Assembly (NCBI GenBank): GCA_965649825.1
Contig: OZ287708.1
Span: 391,411-455,410 of the forward strand
Length of the DNA: 64,000 nucleotides
Direction of reading: 5' to 3'
Source of the DNA: Penicillus capitatus
Taxonomy: Eukaryota; Plantae; Chlorophyta
Below are positions 9,661-22,038 of the stretch, piece by piece (the first letter of the stretch is position 1; every line of letters begins with the position of its first letter). Position numbers and translations under genes: made by a program. Below the pieces are notes generated by a model. That model saw only the letters and a program-made list of their open reading frames with translations. It was not told where the DNA came from and ran no database searches.

Positions 9661-11089
9661 ACGTATTACCTGCCTCACATCTGGCAGCCAATGGAGGCCT
9701 AACATCTGCTTTGACTGACTGCAGGCAGCCATTGGCGGTTTACCTTCTGCTCTGGCCGTCACTAGAGGCAGTCTGGGTGCCCTACCTTGTCTTTGCTATT
9801 GCTGGAGGCCTTCTCTGCGGTTGGAGACTTTCGTGGAGCGTCCTACCTGATGCCTAGAGGCTGTTGTCGTGTCGTGTCGAGAAAAATACAATCTGCTGAT
9901 TGGTGAAAAAAGGGCCATTTTTCCTTGCCGACTATGTTCTGTGAAATGACAGATTTGGATGTTTGCTCTGGGTAGGATACTGTTTCTGATCAGTAAGAAC
10001 AGATGTAGAAACGAAACCGCAGTTTTTACGAGATTGAAGAACACAACTGTAAAAGCATAAAATGTTCAAGTTACAGCGCGCTCTGTGGTTGGACGTATCG
10101 ATAGACCACCGAAAATAGCGAGGAAGAAGATGAAACTGACGGTGGGGCAGCAGCCATAGTGTGGAACGACGCACTGTGGTGGCTAGACAGAATACGTGAT
10201 ACATTCGCCAATCGAATCCACATCCAGCAGTTCTCTGAGCATTGCGCTCGCGTAGATGCGCTGGAAGGGCACGAACAGAATCCACGACGATTCACCGTCG
10301 GGTTCCAGCACATGGGACACTCTGATAACCAAGGCGATGTGCTCGCGTCTGCAGGACAGTGCCTCTTTGTGAAGCGTCTTCTCCGTCTCCGTTGAGAGAA
10401 CCGAGGAGGAATTCGTTCTCTTGTCTAGTCTCAGCTTATCGTCTCCTTGCACGCAGACATCGATGTGATATTGATTCGAGCAGTGCTTGGCAACACCATC
10501 TAACTGTCGTGGATCTTCTTAGCTGCTCGTTCAGTCCGGTCAGAACATTCGCAATTCGGATCTCCGTGCGTTCTCAGGTTTCCTCTGAGACTCCGATTTC
10601 CTGTTGGCGAAAATAAACTTGGAAAGCTCTGACTTCGTCGTTCGTCTTAAGTTCAGCTGCATGGAAGGTGCTGTCGTTCAACTTTGTCCTTTCGGCACAC
10701 GACTTCTCTACGTCTGTCGATCTTCAGGGCATCAGGAAGCACATCAAGGACGTGTTATTTATTGACTCCGGTGAACGATAGGCGAAGATGTGTCTTCGGA
10801 ACATTGTCCCGCTGAAGAATCCCTCATCAGGTAAGGAAGATCAAGGCTTCATCCCGACGAGAGTCGCCGTCGCGCGTGGCGAGTGAATTCTCACTGTCGC
10901 GTTCTAAAACAATTGCGACACTCTGCCAATTCGTGTTCAATGCCAACCTTGTCTGAGATTTTACACGGCGAACTCTACTGTGAAGAAGGCAAATCTGCCG
11001 ATTCCGTTTTTTGACTCTCGACTTGGCAGTCCTGACAGAACGAAGAGTACAGGAGACGACCATTCGGACGAGTTAAGGATTTTAAACCG

Positions 11090-14000
11090 CTACACAATTC
11101 CAACTTTCGACGATGAAAACAAGAGATTCGAAACTGCGATTTCGCTACTTGGTATCTGCTTATCGTAAAAATGATGCTGCACAAACAGATGTCTAAGACC
11201 GAGCTCAGTCGTTGGTGGGCATGGCAGATGAAGAGCGCAGACTGCGGTCGATTCGTTGCAGGACATCGCGCGCGATGCTTGGCGCGCGCGAGATGATATC
11301 GGACGGTGGAGGAGATGGATCTTCGACCATGGTCGTACGTTCTGAGGTCGGATGGGAGTCTCTGTGTCTGTAGGACGGCAAGCAAAGGTAGGGCATCGTA
11401 ATCGGCTGCGATGCCGATGAAATCGAGCTTTTCCTGCCACACCATCGATTAGCCCATCGCCATGTTTGATATGCGTCGACCACGTATGAGTATCGCTGTG
11501 CGTCCTTCGACGGGGATTTCTGCTACCGGGCGATACCACCTTGCTCCTCGCCACTGACACCAGCGTATCCACGTCTCTCTTTTGCGTCGTCTGCGAAAAC
11601 GAAAAAACGGATGCGACGTCGAAGAGAGTGAGAAATGATCGGACGCCTGCCGTTCTCTGCCAGCCACGAAGACGTTCATTCTCTTTCGCCAGGCGTTTGC
11701 TGGTATTCACCAGTTCCAAAACTTCATCGTTTATATTCCTGTCTTGATGTGACAGCGATGCGCGCTGCTGATCGGCTACGGAGAACAATAGAGATTGCCG
11801 AGTAGCAACCGGGAGCGTGATAACTTTTTTGTCGAAGTTCAGCCTCCAGTCTATCTTGTCGGCTGCGTCGCCCATCGGACTGGAGGTCCGCATGAAGCTC
11901 TGCGTTTTCTCTTACCTGCAGACGATATCGAATTTCGGCGTCGCTCGCCGTTCTCTTCAGCGTGTCGATATCGTCTTGCCGTTCGACGATCATGCGATCC
12001 CGATCGCCAACGATCTTCGTTAAGCGCATGACCTCTCTCTGGAAATGATGCGCCTTCTCTCTCTCAGCGTCGCATTTCGCCTGCAACAGATAGCTTCACT
12101 TGCGGAGAGGCACGTGACCGAGGACGACATTGCACTCAGCAAGAGCGCGTTTTAGCATCGCTGCCTCCTGCTCAGCACGTTCACGGTCGGCATGGAGAGT
12201 CCGCTGCAGCCGGTCGCGTCGGGAGAGGTCTTGACTGAGTTTGTCGATGCGTTCATCAAATTCGCCATTCGCACGCGATTGAGCTTCCAATCTCTCCTGC
12301 ATTGATCGGCCAGAGGGACCGGTACCGTGCCGCAAACCAGCCAGCCCACCTGAAGGGACAGGTTCTCGGCTGCTAAGGTCTGTTTCTCGTCGGCTATTTG
12401 AGCGACATCGCGATTGGTCAGCTCGAGGGTGGACTGAATGCGTTTCAGTTGCTCAGCAAAAGCCTCGACTTCTTGTTCTTTCTTCGAGATCAGATGACGA
12501 GCGCTTTCCAATTCGACCTCGCTCTTTTGGCTGTTTGTCTATGGCACGCTTTTTGAATGCGCTGCCCAACTCTTTACAGGCACGCGATACCAGCTGCACT
12601 TCGAGCTGAGCGTCCTGCTCGTCTATCTTTTCTTGGAGGGTGGCCAGATGCTGCTCTTTCGTTCTCAATGTCTCTTGATCTTGCACGAATCTGCCCTCTA
12701 TCTCTCTCATGCGTTTGAACTCTGCCTCGCTTTCACGCCTCAATCTATCGTTTTCGAATTTCAGCTCCGCCAATTCTGCCTGACAGGCGTGTCAGGTATT
12801 ATCATGCAGGAAGAGAAGGGGATTCCACTTCCAGTCGACTCTTTTCGGCCAATGCCGTGACGAGAGTTTCACTGGCCGTCTTGGCATTCGCTAGAATGGC
12901 CTCTTTCTCTGCCTTCAGGCTTTCGACCTGTTTCTCTTGACAAGAGATGACATTGTTCGCCTTGGCGACCTCGGTTTCGAGGGATTCTATGTTCTGTCGT
13001 GCTGTTTGGAGTTTGACCTCCAGAGATGCCCCCTTATCCCGCGTTCTTTGGAGCATCTCTTGTTCTCTTGATAGACTTGCTTCTGATTCGCGCAGTCTGG
13101 TAAGCGCGTGGACGTCGATGCATATCTATTGGCGTAGGATCGCGCACCTGGTACGCGTGCACTCAAGTTGCGTCTCCGTTTTCCGCAATCGACACGTCAA
13201 AGTATTCCACTTTGCCGATAGAGCACTTGCCAAGTCTTTCCACCTTCCTTCCGACTGCCTCTCGGACACCGAAACGACGGATACGCCATCCGAACTCTTC
13301 ACAAAGGCACGTATTTCTTCCAAAGCATTCGCCATCTTCGTGCATTGCTCCTTATACTCGGCAAGTTCCTTCACCTGATTATCGAAATCGCTTGATCTCG
13401 ATCGGAGGATCTCGATTGTTTCGTTACCTGCGCTTTTAATCGCTGTTCTCTTTCTGATAGATGTCGGATGTTTTCCGAATGCGCATCGTTTGCTTCCTTG
13501 TATTTTTTGATCTGTTCTTCCAGATGGCGGTTGGACTGCTCCCTCTGGTCCAGTTGGCAGCGGACGAAAGCCAACTCTTCTCGCAGTTGAGCGTGATCGA
13601 CGGACAAAGACGCTTTATCAGATTCCGTACTACGGTTAAGATCTTGCAAACATGCAAGTTTCTTTTCGGCGCAATCGGCGTTGTTCTCCAAAATCTCTAT
13701 CTGCGAAACTGCACGCAACTTCGCCGCAGTCTCCGCTGCAACGGAGTTCGATAGCAACTCGATCTGCGATCGCAATCTCGCATTTTCGCCCTTGACCTTC
13801 TCCATCTACAGCCGAACGTCGAATGCACATCGCAATGACACGCGCATACTTACTTCGCAAACATGCTTGTGCCCATCGACTCGATGTGACTGCCGTATCT
13901 CTTGAGTCTCTTTATCCTTTTGTTGGAGAGTGCTCACGAGCTCGGCATTCTCATTACACTTCAGGCGAAGCTCTTGCTGAAGTTGGCATCTATCTTCCTG

Positions 14001-15949
14001 CTCCTTCTCGAGTTCCTCCGAAAGAGTCTTTGCTCTGTTCCCTCTCTGTTCCTTCTCGTTCTTCGTCGTATCCAACTGAATCGATGCATCATCGAGTTCG
14101 GCCTGTGCGTAAGAACATGCGTGCTGTCCAGAATGGCGGCGAACGGGGAGATATACTTGCAGTCGTTGATTTCGCGCCTTCTCTTCGAAAAGCTGTTCCT
14201 TGACATAGCAGGACTGCTTAAGAATCGATTCCAGCAATGCTTCCCCTTTAATATTCCCAGAATGGCGCCGGAGAATGGCAAAGAGGTCGGCGAAGGTGCT
14301 CTCTCCGATTGTGCCGAACTTTGGCGATGCCGCTCTCCAATCGATCATCGTTTCCGCGCACTGCGTTTCATCCGACGACACCTTGTCAAGCCTACACACC
14401 CATCCTTTTTTCGAAGGCGCACGGGTTCCGAGTGTTGCTTTAATTGGTATGCGTCGGAGGATGGGCCGCAAGGATTCTTAGCCGAATGGCGATGATCGCT
14501 GCGTCCTTGTCCCCGATCGCCTGGCGATCGGGACGGCGCATACGAGGTCGCAGTGTCACGCCGACGCATGCTTTCCTTCGTTGACGGCGTTTCCGGACGA
14601 TGGCAGTTCATGCATACGCGTTTCCACGCAGGTCGGACAGTCACGACCGAATCGTTATGATCACTCAATTGTCGGATTCGTTGCGCGAAGCTCAAAGTCG
14701 CCAGACTTGCTTCGGCACACTGCAAACAATTGCACTATCGCTGCCAGCATCGCTCGAGTAGATACCGCTGGGTCGTTGTCCACTGTAGCGATGAAACAGA
14801 TATGCCCTGCGTTTTCCAGAACGCCTTGCATCCATCTTGTCAAGCGATGATCTCTCCAAGGGATTCTTAGACAGCTGCTGACAGACGGTATGCGAACTAC
14901 GAGGACGAGGATTCAGAGGGTGCACTCGACCTTTCGGTGGTGGATTCTTCGGATCGCAAATATCGTCGTTTTCCTAGGTGCTTGAAAACACCCATCAAAC
15001 TTGAGAGACCGGCGGCCAAGGTGCGTCCATCTTCTGGCTTCGCTTTCTCCAGACTTGCCAATTCCACGAAAGCGAGTGTCGTTGCCTTCGGTGGTCGGGA
15101 CGATCGGCCATCGAGAAGCTTAAGGGTCAACATCGTGTGGCAGAGGTAAGCGCCGTTACACCACCCATCGCAAAAATCGAGCGGCGGCAACAGCATCTCC
15201 AAGTCGCTCGCTGACGATACCATCCGTTGCGTCAGCTTTGCGACGGCATGGGGAGGAGGCGTCTCTTTCAGATTCAACGGCGCCCTGTTTCTCGGCGCAA
15301 GCAAATCGATCAACATCGCGTCTTTTCCGGCCGTCAGCGCTGGATTCATCGTGCGAATTATCGACGATGACGACGAGATTCTACCGACGTACCGCAGCTA
15401 CTGGCAGAGAGAGTGAAGTGGCTGTCTTGCACCATATCTAAGTGTTCACAAATCGTGCAGTATGCGCGTTGTATCACACCGCCACCCTCAGTGCGATACC
15501 CTCCGTGTCCCTGAAGATCATTCCCTTAGCAGTGGATGAGTATTGTGCCTGGGTGCCTGTAAAGAAAACGTCTTGCCGGAATTTGGAGCGCCGTAAGCGA
15601 AGACGACAGTATTCGTTCCCTATAGAACACGATGGATTTCGGAGCCGATTTTGCCGCCGACAGCATCACTCGAAGAAAATGCTCAACGGCAGGCTTCGCC
15701 GAGAGATGGTACACTTGATCTTGTGTCGATCTTTCGTCGTGCACGACGTCGATGTCGAATGCCGGAGACTACAAAAAGAGATCCGACGTCTTTGCCGTCT
15801 AACGATTGCTTAGTATCGACCTGTCGAGAACAGATGGCGGACTGTTTGGTTTCGAGCATCTCGCCGGGCCGAATCCGAACCGAAACGGTCACCTTGGGGC
15901 ATTGCATCCCCCCGTTCTCGCGATGCCTCTCGTCTCTTCTGTCTGACAT
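11090..15949 (-). CDS. Kinesin-like protein: divergent N-terminal motor + long coiled coil; multi-exon; 3' end uncertain (may reach ~10070)
   Basis: VTVSVRIRP (~15880); STQDQVY..AKPAVEHFL; spliced P-loop VFAYGAPNSGKTFSL (~15570-15615); LAFVELASLE; IPWRDHRLTRWMQGVL; SLATLSFAQR; heptad-rich exons 11640-14470. Confidence 0.85.
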
Positions 15950-16484
15950 CGTCGATGATCGATCGACGCGCGAAGACGCGATGGACGTTGGATGGCGTTG
16001 ACCTTAGGCAGCGAAATCGCTATAGATCACGATCGCATTGCTTCGATATCGACGTCGCTATCCACCGTGCGTTTCGATCGCGATCGCATCACACATCCAA
16101 CTGGCGACATGATGGACCATTTTTACTTGTCGATGGTCGTTACTATCCCGCGTCAACAAGAATAACCGTCAGTTACGTCAAAGGCAACTCGAATCTCGCC
16201 TTGCCCCCAGACAATAATGAATGTCACACGTAAGAAAGAAAGAAATGACCTGCCAAGAGTATCTCTTGATCTTGTCCCTAATGGAAATATTCAAGTTTCT
16301 GATTCGAGCGAGACTTCCAACATCTCATGTCGCAATGACAGATGACTGTTCAGCTGAACTCACGAGGCTTTTGAGCTTCCTTCCGTCAAATCCATCATTC
16401 CCCCAAATCTAACAGCATTCCACCAGGCTTCCTTCTTTTTTCTGTCACCGAGTGTCTTGATCGTATGAATAATGCCTGATGCTT

Positions 16485-17648
16485 TCAGACGTTGAATGGA
16501 ACAGGGTGGGTGCGATCGAATGGCGTGGGCGTCAATGTGATTCCTTCTGTCCTTTCATCACCGAACTTAGATTCTGCTAGCTTTCTCGCATTACTTCGAA
16601 CCAATAGGCAGAGAAAGCAATGCGTTCCCAGCACGACAGCCACCGCCATGGAAACTCCCTTTGCGGCAGGCAACTCATCTTCACATCCCAACATGGTATC
16701 GTCGTCGTCTGGGCACTGAGCTCCGTACATCGATATGGGAACACCGATTGTCCCCACAGCATCGAAGACAGCAGCTGTTGTAGCAAAGACGCGAATGCGT
16801 GAAGTTGCCCATTCCACATTGGGATAACATTCACAGGGCGTCAGGTAGATTGCCCAGAAAGCGAACACTGTGGCAAAAGGTCCCGTCGCAAACATCAGTC
16901 CGAGTGGACCGATATAACCAGCTGACAGCAAGGTCAAAGGAAACGATACCAACAGTACAGCGATCGAGACAACAAAGAGGGCCACCAAGAAAAGCGGACG
17001 CCGTCCGTCCACGGACATCATGCCAGACTTCACTGTCGTTGTATCGGCATCCGATTCGCTCGGCTCAGGCGGCGGCGGTCCAGGAGGGACTTGAGGCTGC
17101 TGAGGGAGATAGGACTGACCTGTTGGCGAGTATCCATAGGCGTTGGCGCCAGAGTAGGGATAGGGATAGTATCCTGGGTATCCACTCTGTGTCGGATACG
17201 GATAGTAACCATACATGTTTGGATAATAGGAGCCTTCGTTAGGTCGTCCATCAGGTGGTGTGCTTTTCTGTGTGGCTAGCTTCTTCTGAGACTTGACTTT
17301 CGAGATGCCTCTCTGCGAAGTCTTCGTTTGCGGAACGACGTTTACAGGTTGGCGACCCTGTTGTCCTTGGTGCCCTTGTCCGCCGAAGTAATATGGTGTG
17401 TACCGGTAGTAAGGAAAAGGATCGCTACCGAATCGAAAAGGGTACACCGTGGCGTTTTGAGGGAACACCCCGGCGTCCAGCTCTCGGTAGAGACGCAACT
17501 GCGAATCTGGCACTTCTGTGCTTCCCGGCTGCAGCAATGAGTCAAGGAGCTGCTCCTGTTCACGGACAGAAGCTTCTCGCGCTCGCTTGGCTCGCATCTT
17601 CCATCGAGGGGCTGGCATCTTGTAGATGAAGAAAAGAGATGATTCCAC
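16485..17648 (-). CDS. Hypothetical membrane protein (Tyr/Pro/Gln-rich N-terminus, ~4 C-terminal TM segments)
   Basis: 387-aa intronless ORF with protein-like composition and four hydrophobic stretches. Confidence 0.75.
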   Translation of the reverse strand: MESSLFFIYKMPAPRWKMRAKRAREASVREQEQLLDSLLQPGSTEVPDSQLRLYRELDAGVFPQNATVYPFRFGSDPFPYYRYTPYYFGGQGHQGQQGRQPVNVVPQTKTSQRGISKVKSQKKLATQKSTPPDGRPNEGSYYPNMYGYYPYPTQSGYPGYYPYPYSGANAYGYSPTGQSYLPQQPQVPPGPPPPEPSESDADTTTVKSGMMSVDGRRPLFLVALFVVSIAVLLVSFPLTLLSAGYIGPLGLMFATGPFATVFAFWAIYLTPCECYPNVEWATSRIRVFATTAAVFDAVGTIGVPISMYGAQCPDDDDTMLGCEDELPAAKGVSMAVAVVLGTHCFLCLLVRSNARKLAESKFGDERTEGITLTPTPFDRTHPVPFNV

Positions 17649-18228
17649 TCGTAGCAGCTAGAGGCGGTGAGGAGTAAGGTGAGAAGTCGAAGGCGACGCC
17701 TCGAAAGGATGAAAGAATCAATGCCGCACCGCACAAATGGCAGCAAGATGACGGGACAGCAAGAGAAGGGACGATGAATCTCGCATTCCCGGTGCCCGCA
17801 CCGGCAGATTGCACGATCCATGCTTCATGTTGCGAACGACCGTGTACACGATTCGGAGAACCGCCTTTCGGGCACAACTGAGTACCGGTTCCAAAACAAG
17901 AGAGCCATCAGACAGTGCAGAAGATGCCTTGTCTCCGCCTGGACCGGAAGACTGTTGTCAGGTGCGCCTCGATGGGACGCCAACGGTTGTATGTATTGCT
18001 TCTGTAGTCTGGCTGTGCCTACTGTGTATGGGATGTCTATCATGAACGCATGAAACAAGCCAAGCTCAATCAGAACGAACCCCATGTACACATACCCTTT
18101 AACATCGTCTCATTCATTGATCTGCACATGATATGTGCGTCAGGCAAAAGAAGCAACGTTAAGTGTTTTTGAAGCCTTCGAACGGGAACTTCGACAAAAA
18201 GCGAATTCCTAACAGCAGAACTCTGGTT

Positions 18229-20606
18229 CTAGTCGTCTCGATCTTTGCATCTGGCCTCGAGGAAATTGGCAAAGGCATAGCAGTCGTCGAATGTTGAAAG
18301 GTATCCCAGTGACAAGCGCACGGATCCGAGAGGAATGTTGACCAGACGGGAGCCGTTATCTAGAGAACCCGTTTTCAGATGACTGTGCTCTGTACTGTCC
18401 ACAGAAGAGAACATAGCAATTTCTTTGGATCTTGAAACTTGTATATACTCGAGTTCATCTTCGCATCCCTCTGTCAATCCAGCGAGGCTTTCGACTTCGG
18501 ATTCCTGAATGCCGATGTAGTTGTATGCCGCACCCGGATTGCATTCAATTCCGGTGCGGACATGAAATCCAGCCTTTGCAGCATCTTTCTCAAATGTCTT
18601 GTAACTCTGCACTTTTCCTTTCGATCCAAGCAGCTCAAAGTTCAGAATGCCTCCCTGTACATCGATGCTGTCGGGCTGTCCATGTTTGCCGAAAATCTTG
18701 ACGATTGGCTTTCCGTTAGAGTGTCGCATGGAACTCAGTCGTTGATGCAGCCATTCGGTAAGTGTATTCACATGTCTCTGAATCGTCAGCATACCTCCAC
18801 ATCTGCTCAGAGCTTCGAATCCGTGCTTCAGTGAGATGATATCCAAGAACGCCACGGTTCCGTCTTCTAATCTCTCCGTCGGACGGCACTTGAGAATATG
18901 GAAATTGTCGTGCGGGGTTGCAAGGGCCACGGAGCCTCCTGCCCAAAAGACCTTTTTCAGGATATCGATATCATCGATCCGCAAGATCAAAGCGCCTAAT
19001 CCAGTGGGATACCCAAACATCTTGTAGAAAGAAATGGCGACGTAGTCTGCGGGAAACTCTCGCAGACTTAGAGGCTGAGTACTCACAAAGGCAGCGGCAT
19101 CCAGCATCACTTTCCATACATCTTGTGATGTGCTCTTTTTCTGAATCTTATCGATCCACGTTAATGGATACTTGACACCGGCGAAGTTTTCTTCGGCCGG
19201 GTAAGCGAAGAGATGGTAGTTTGGTGTGTCGGTCTCTTTGCTGGGTGCTTCGTTTGGCGTCTCGGCAACCCATGCATCCACACCTTCCTCTGTTATATCC
19301 TCATAACTGCCGCCCGATTTGAGCACGTACTCTCGGATACCGAGCACGCTGTTATGGTTTTCCCTCAGATACCGAAAAACACTCTTTTCAGACCAAGGGT
19401 ATGTTTCGCCAATTATTTTCAATGCAGTCGTTGCAGATTTCGTGAAGATAACCTGCATCTCACACACTAGGACGTGGAATAAAAAGAGTGAGCACCCACC
19501 TGGTACTCTCTTGGATCCGCGTCGAAGAAATCCAGCACCATGCGTCGAACTTCTTCGATTCGATCTCTCGAGAGCGAAGACGATGGATTCTCACTGTGAG
19601 GATTGCCAAACATGTTTTCCCTGAAATCCTTCATAATCGCCGTCAACTGCGTCTCAGTATACACAGACGAGCCTGTGTAGTCTAGGTAATGCTGATTGGG
19701 CCCTAGTCTTCTTCCCAGCTCATAGTCATACATTGAATGCAGCAGTCCTCTGTATCCATAAGACGTGCCATACTCGTCCAAAAACTCTTGCCGTGCGCGG
19801 ATCAACTCCTTCGTCCTACGTATCGGCATTGCAGGTGGCTCCATATTTGTCGGTGGGGAAGAAGAAGACTGGACAGGCTCGGATGCCATTTTCTGCTCCA
19901 GTTTCGTCTTGAAATTTTTCAATTCTTCAACAGCCATTTTCATTTCGAACTGCGACTGTGTTGCTTCCACTTTGTTCAAAGCCACGACATATCCATTTGG
20001 ATCCAGTCTGAAATCTTTGTTCGGATCCTCCAAGACCTTCTCGATGTTTGCTCGAAATGTCTTGTGTTTACTGGCTGCCGCTCCAAAGGCCAAGAGCTTT
20101 CTGCCAGCGGTATCATAGATGCTCAGATAAGGGAGCGCTTTGACACCCTGACGCCGTGCATAATCCGCCATTCCATCCACACATGCTCGAATAAATTTCA
20201 CACGTGCGTTTAATGTCGGATCTGCAGCGAGTTCTTTCAGGTGAGGTGACGTCTTTCGGCATCCGTGACACCAAGTGGCAAACCAGTCGACGACACAGAT
20301 CTCATATTCTGGGCATCGAAGAGCCTCTTCCAAAGCAGAATCGGAAGAAACGTCGCACCACAGATCGGCATCTTTCTCCCACCAGAGAGGCGCTTTGGAC
20401 ACTTCGCCAGAGAGACTGAAGAGACGGGATTCGTACAAAGGCGGCGACGCCGTACGCCACTCCACTCCGCGACGCGACCGAAGACCCGTCGCCAGGAATG
20501 CGCGAGAGGGAGGTCGCCGACGGACGACAGGCGAAGCGAAGCAAGGCGAACGTCTCAATCGCGTTGAGACGATGCTCTGCGAAGATCCGATGGCGTAGCT
20601 CTGCAT
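18229..20606 (-). CDS. Thioredoxin-like domain fused to molybdenum-cofactor-sulfurase-like PLP domain (no MOSC domain seen); one ~50-nt intron near 19470-19518
   Basis: Transit-peptide-like N-terminus; VDWFATWCHGC; YLDYTGS; FGNPHS; SFYKMFGYPTGLG (PLP Lys); RTGIECNPGA; GSVRLSLGYLS. Confidence 0.9.
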
Positions 20607-20710
20607 CTAGACGAATCGTGGCGATGGAATTGTCAAATGTCGTTCGGCTTAGAATCCATCCAACGCAGACGTCACATCAACGATTTTCACGAGTTGGCTG
20701 TTCGTCTGCA

Positions 20711-21938
20711 ATGGATCATGACGAAGAGGAATTCTACGACCCGGACATTGACGACAGAACCTCTCAAAGCGAAGGTAGGTGCAGCCCATGCTCTTATTGG
20801 TTTCTTTACATCTGGTCCTGTCGTTTTGGCATAGAAGTGACATTTGACCTCTCTAACGTCCATCGTCACCGTTACCTTGGCGATGTGGACGATGTGAACG
20901 ATGGGTTGCGTTTGTTAGAGGAAGGACAGGAGTATACCATCCCATCTATCAGCCGCTCAGGCATCTATCATTCCCCAGTCAGCATTTAATGAGTACTGAT
21001 GAGGTGTAGGTGTTGTTTTGTTTCCTGGAATGACAATGCCTTTAAAGGCCGCCCATGCAGCTGAGCTCGGTTCCTTAGAAAAAGCCCTTTCCGTTGAAAG
21101 ACCACTCACCGGATTCTTAGTCATCGAACCCAGCGCTTCCATACAGGCATTGTCGCGCAGCGTTGGCTGTTTAGCAATGATTCGCCAAGTGGGACGTGAC
21201 AACCATGGAAGATTACTCAGTGTGATTGCACGGGGACAACAACGCGTGGATATCCATGCCAACTTAATGTTCTTCGATCAAGCCACACGAACGCCTCTGC
21301 GTCTCACCCGGATCAAAGTCCTTCCCCGTGAAAGCGTTCCACATGTCCCGCAAGAAATCCGGGAAGGATGTGGGCACTGGGCAGCGTGGGTTGTACATCG
21401 ACTCGATCCGCATTCCTTGGCGGCGCTGGCTTATGATGAAGCGTCTAAGATTCTGCCGGATGTGAAGGACTTGAGAGACGATCCCTGTCTGTTCTCTTAT
21501 TGGCTGGCCGCTTCTCTGCCCATCTGCTGTGCCTCTCGGCAGAACCTCCTGACCGAGGACAACGTTTCCTATCGACTGCGGAAAGAACTGCAGCTGATTG
21601 CTTCTGTATCAGGCATCTTCTGTGAATCCTGTTCCAAACGTCTGGCGAATGTCACGGACGTCATCACGATGTCAGAGATGGGTCCAAATGACGTCTTTGT
21701 CAATGCAAACGGCTATGTGCATGATCTGATCACGGTACGTGGTGTCCACGACGTCAAACTCTACGGTTCCCCTCAGAAGGAATTCTCATGGTTCGATGGC
21801 TATGCATGGACAATAGCACATTGCGCATACTGCCTTAACCACATTGGATGGCGCTTTACTGCTGTCGATGCCGATCTGCATCCTCATTGTTTTTGGGGCC
21901 TCAGTCGAGCCAGAATCACTCATGAAGGCAATGCATGA
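20711..21938 (+). CDS. CRBN: Cereblon-like protein (LON-N + CULT domain), multi-exon
   Basis: TFD..HRYLGD; VLFPGMTMPL; CESC...CAYC zinc ligands; FSWFDGYAW and IGW tri-Trp pocket; TGTAA at ~21959. Confidence 0.9.
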
Positions 21939-22038
21939 GAGCAAGTGGCATGTACGTGTGTAACACCATGAACAAAAACAGACACGTCTAACCGTCCATT
22001 TGTGTGTACAATGACCGCAACGATCCTGTGATGTATCA

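Larger units (their letters stand above)
4847..9860 (+). mobile_element. Cassette copy 1 (orphan gene + hairpin intron + leader + minisatellite arrays)
   Basis: Core 4847-7035 is shared by all four copies in the same order; no autonomous enzyme seen, so mobility is inferred from dispersed copies. Confidence 0.6.
1..10740 (+). repeat. Left arm of large inverted segmental duplication (runs off window start)
   Basis: Reverse complement matches 34004..~23345 (position 1 = 34004; ORFs 24..269, 3357..3761 and 10359..10616 are mirrored at 33747-34000, 30239..30643 and 23466..23723); high identity by eye outside the arrays. Confidence 0.95.

Noticed and set aside
6984-9857. Long ORFs (376-601 aa) through the tandem arrays, and equivalents in other copies
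   Set aside because: Open in several frames on both strands because the units lack stops; 41-, 49- and 50-bp units shift frame; not conserved between copies
15950-16110. CGATCG/TCGA-rich palindromic stretch upstream of the kinesin gene
   Set aside because: Similar short palindromes occur upstream of other genes (43430-43560, 57380-57480) with no extended stem; probably ordinary promoter composition
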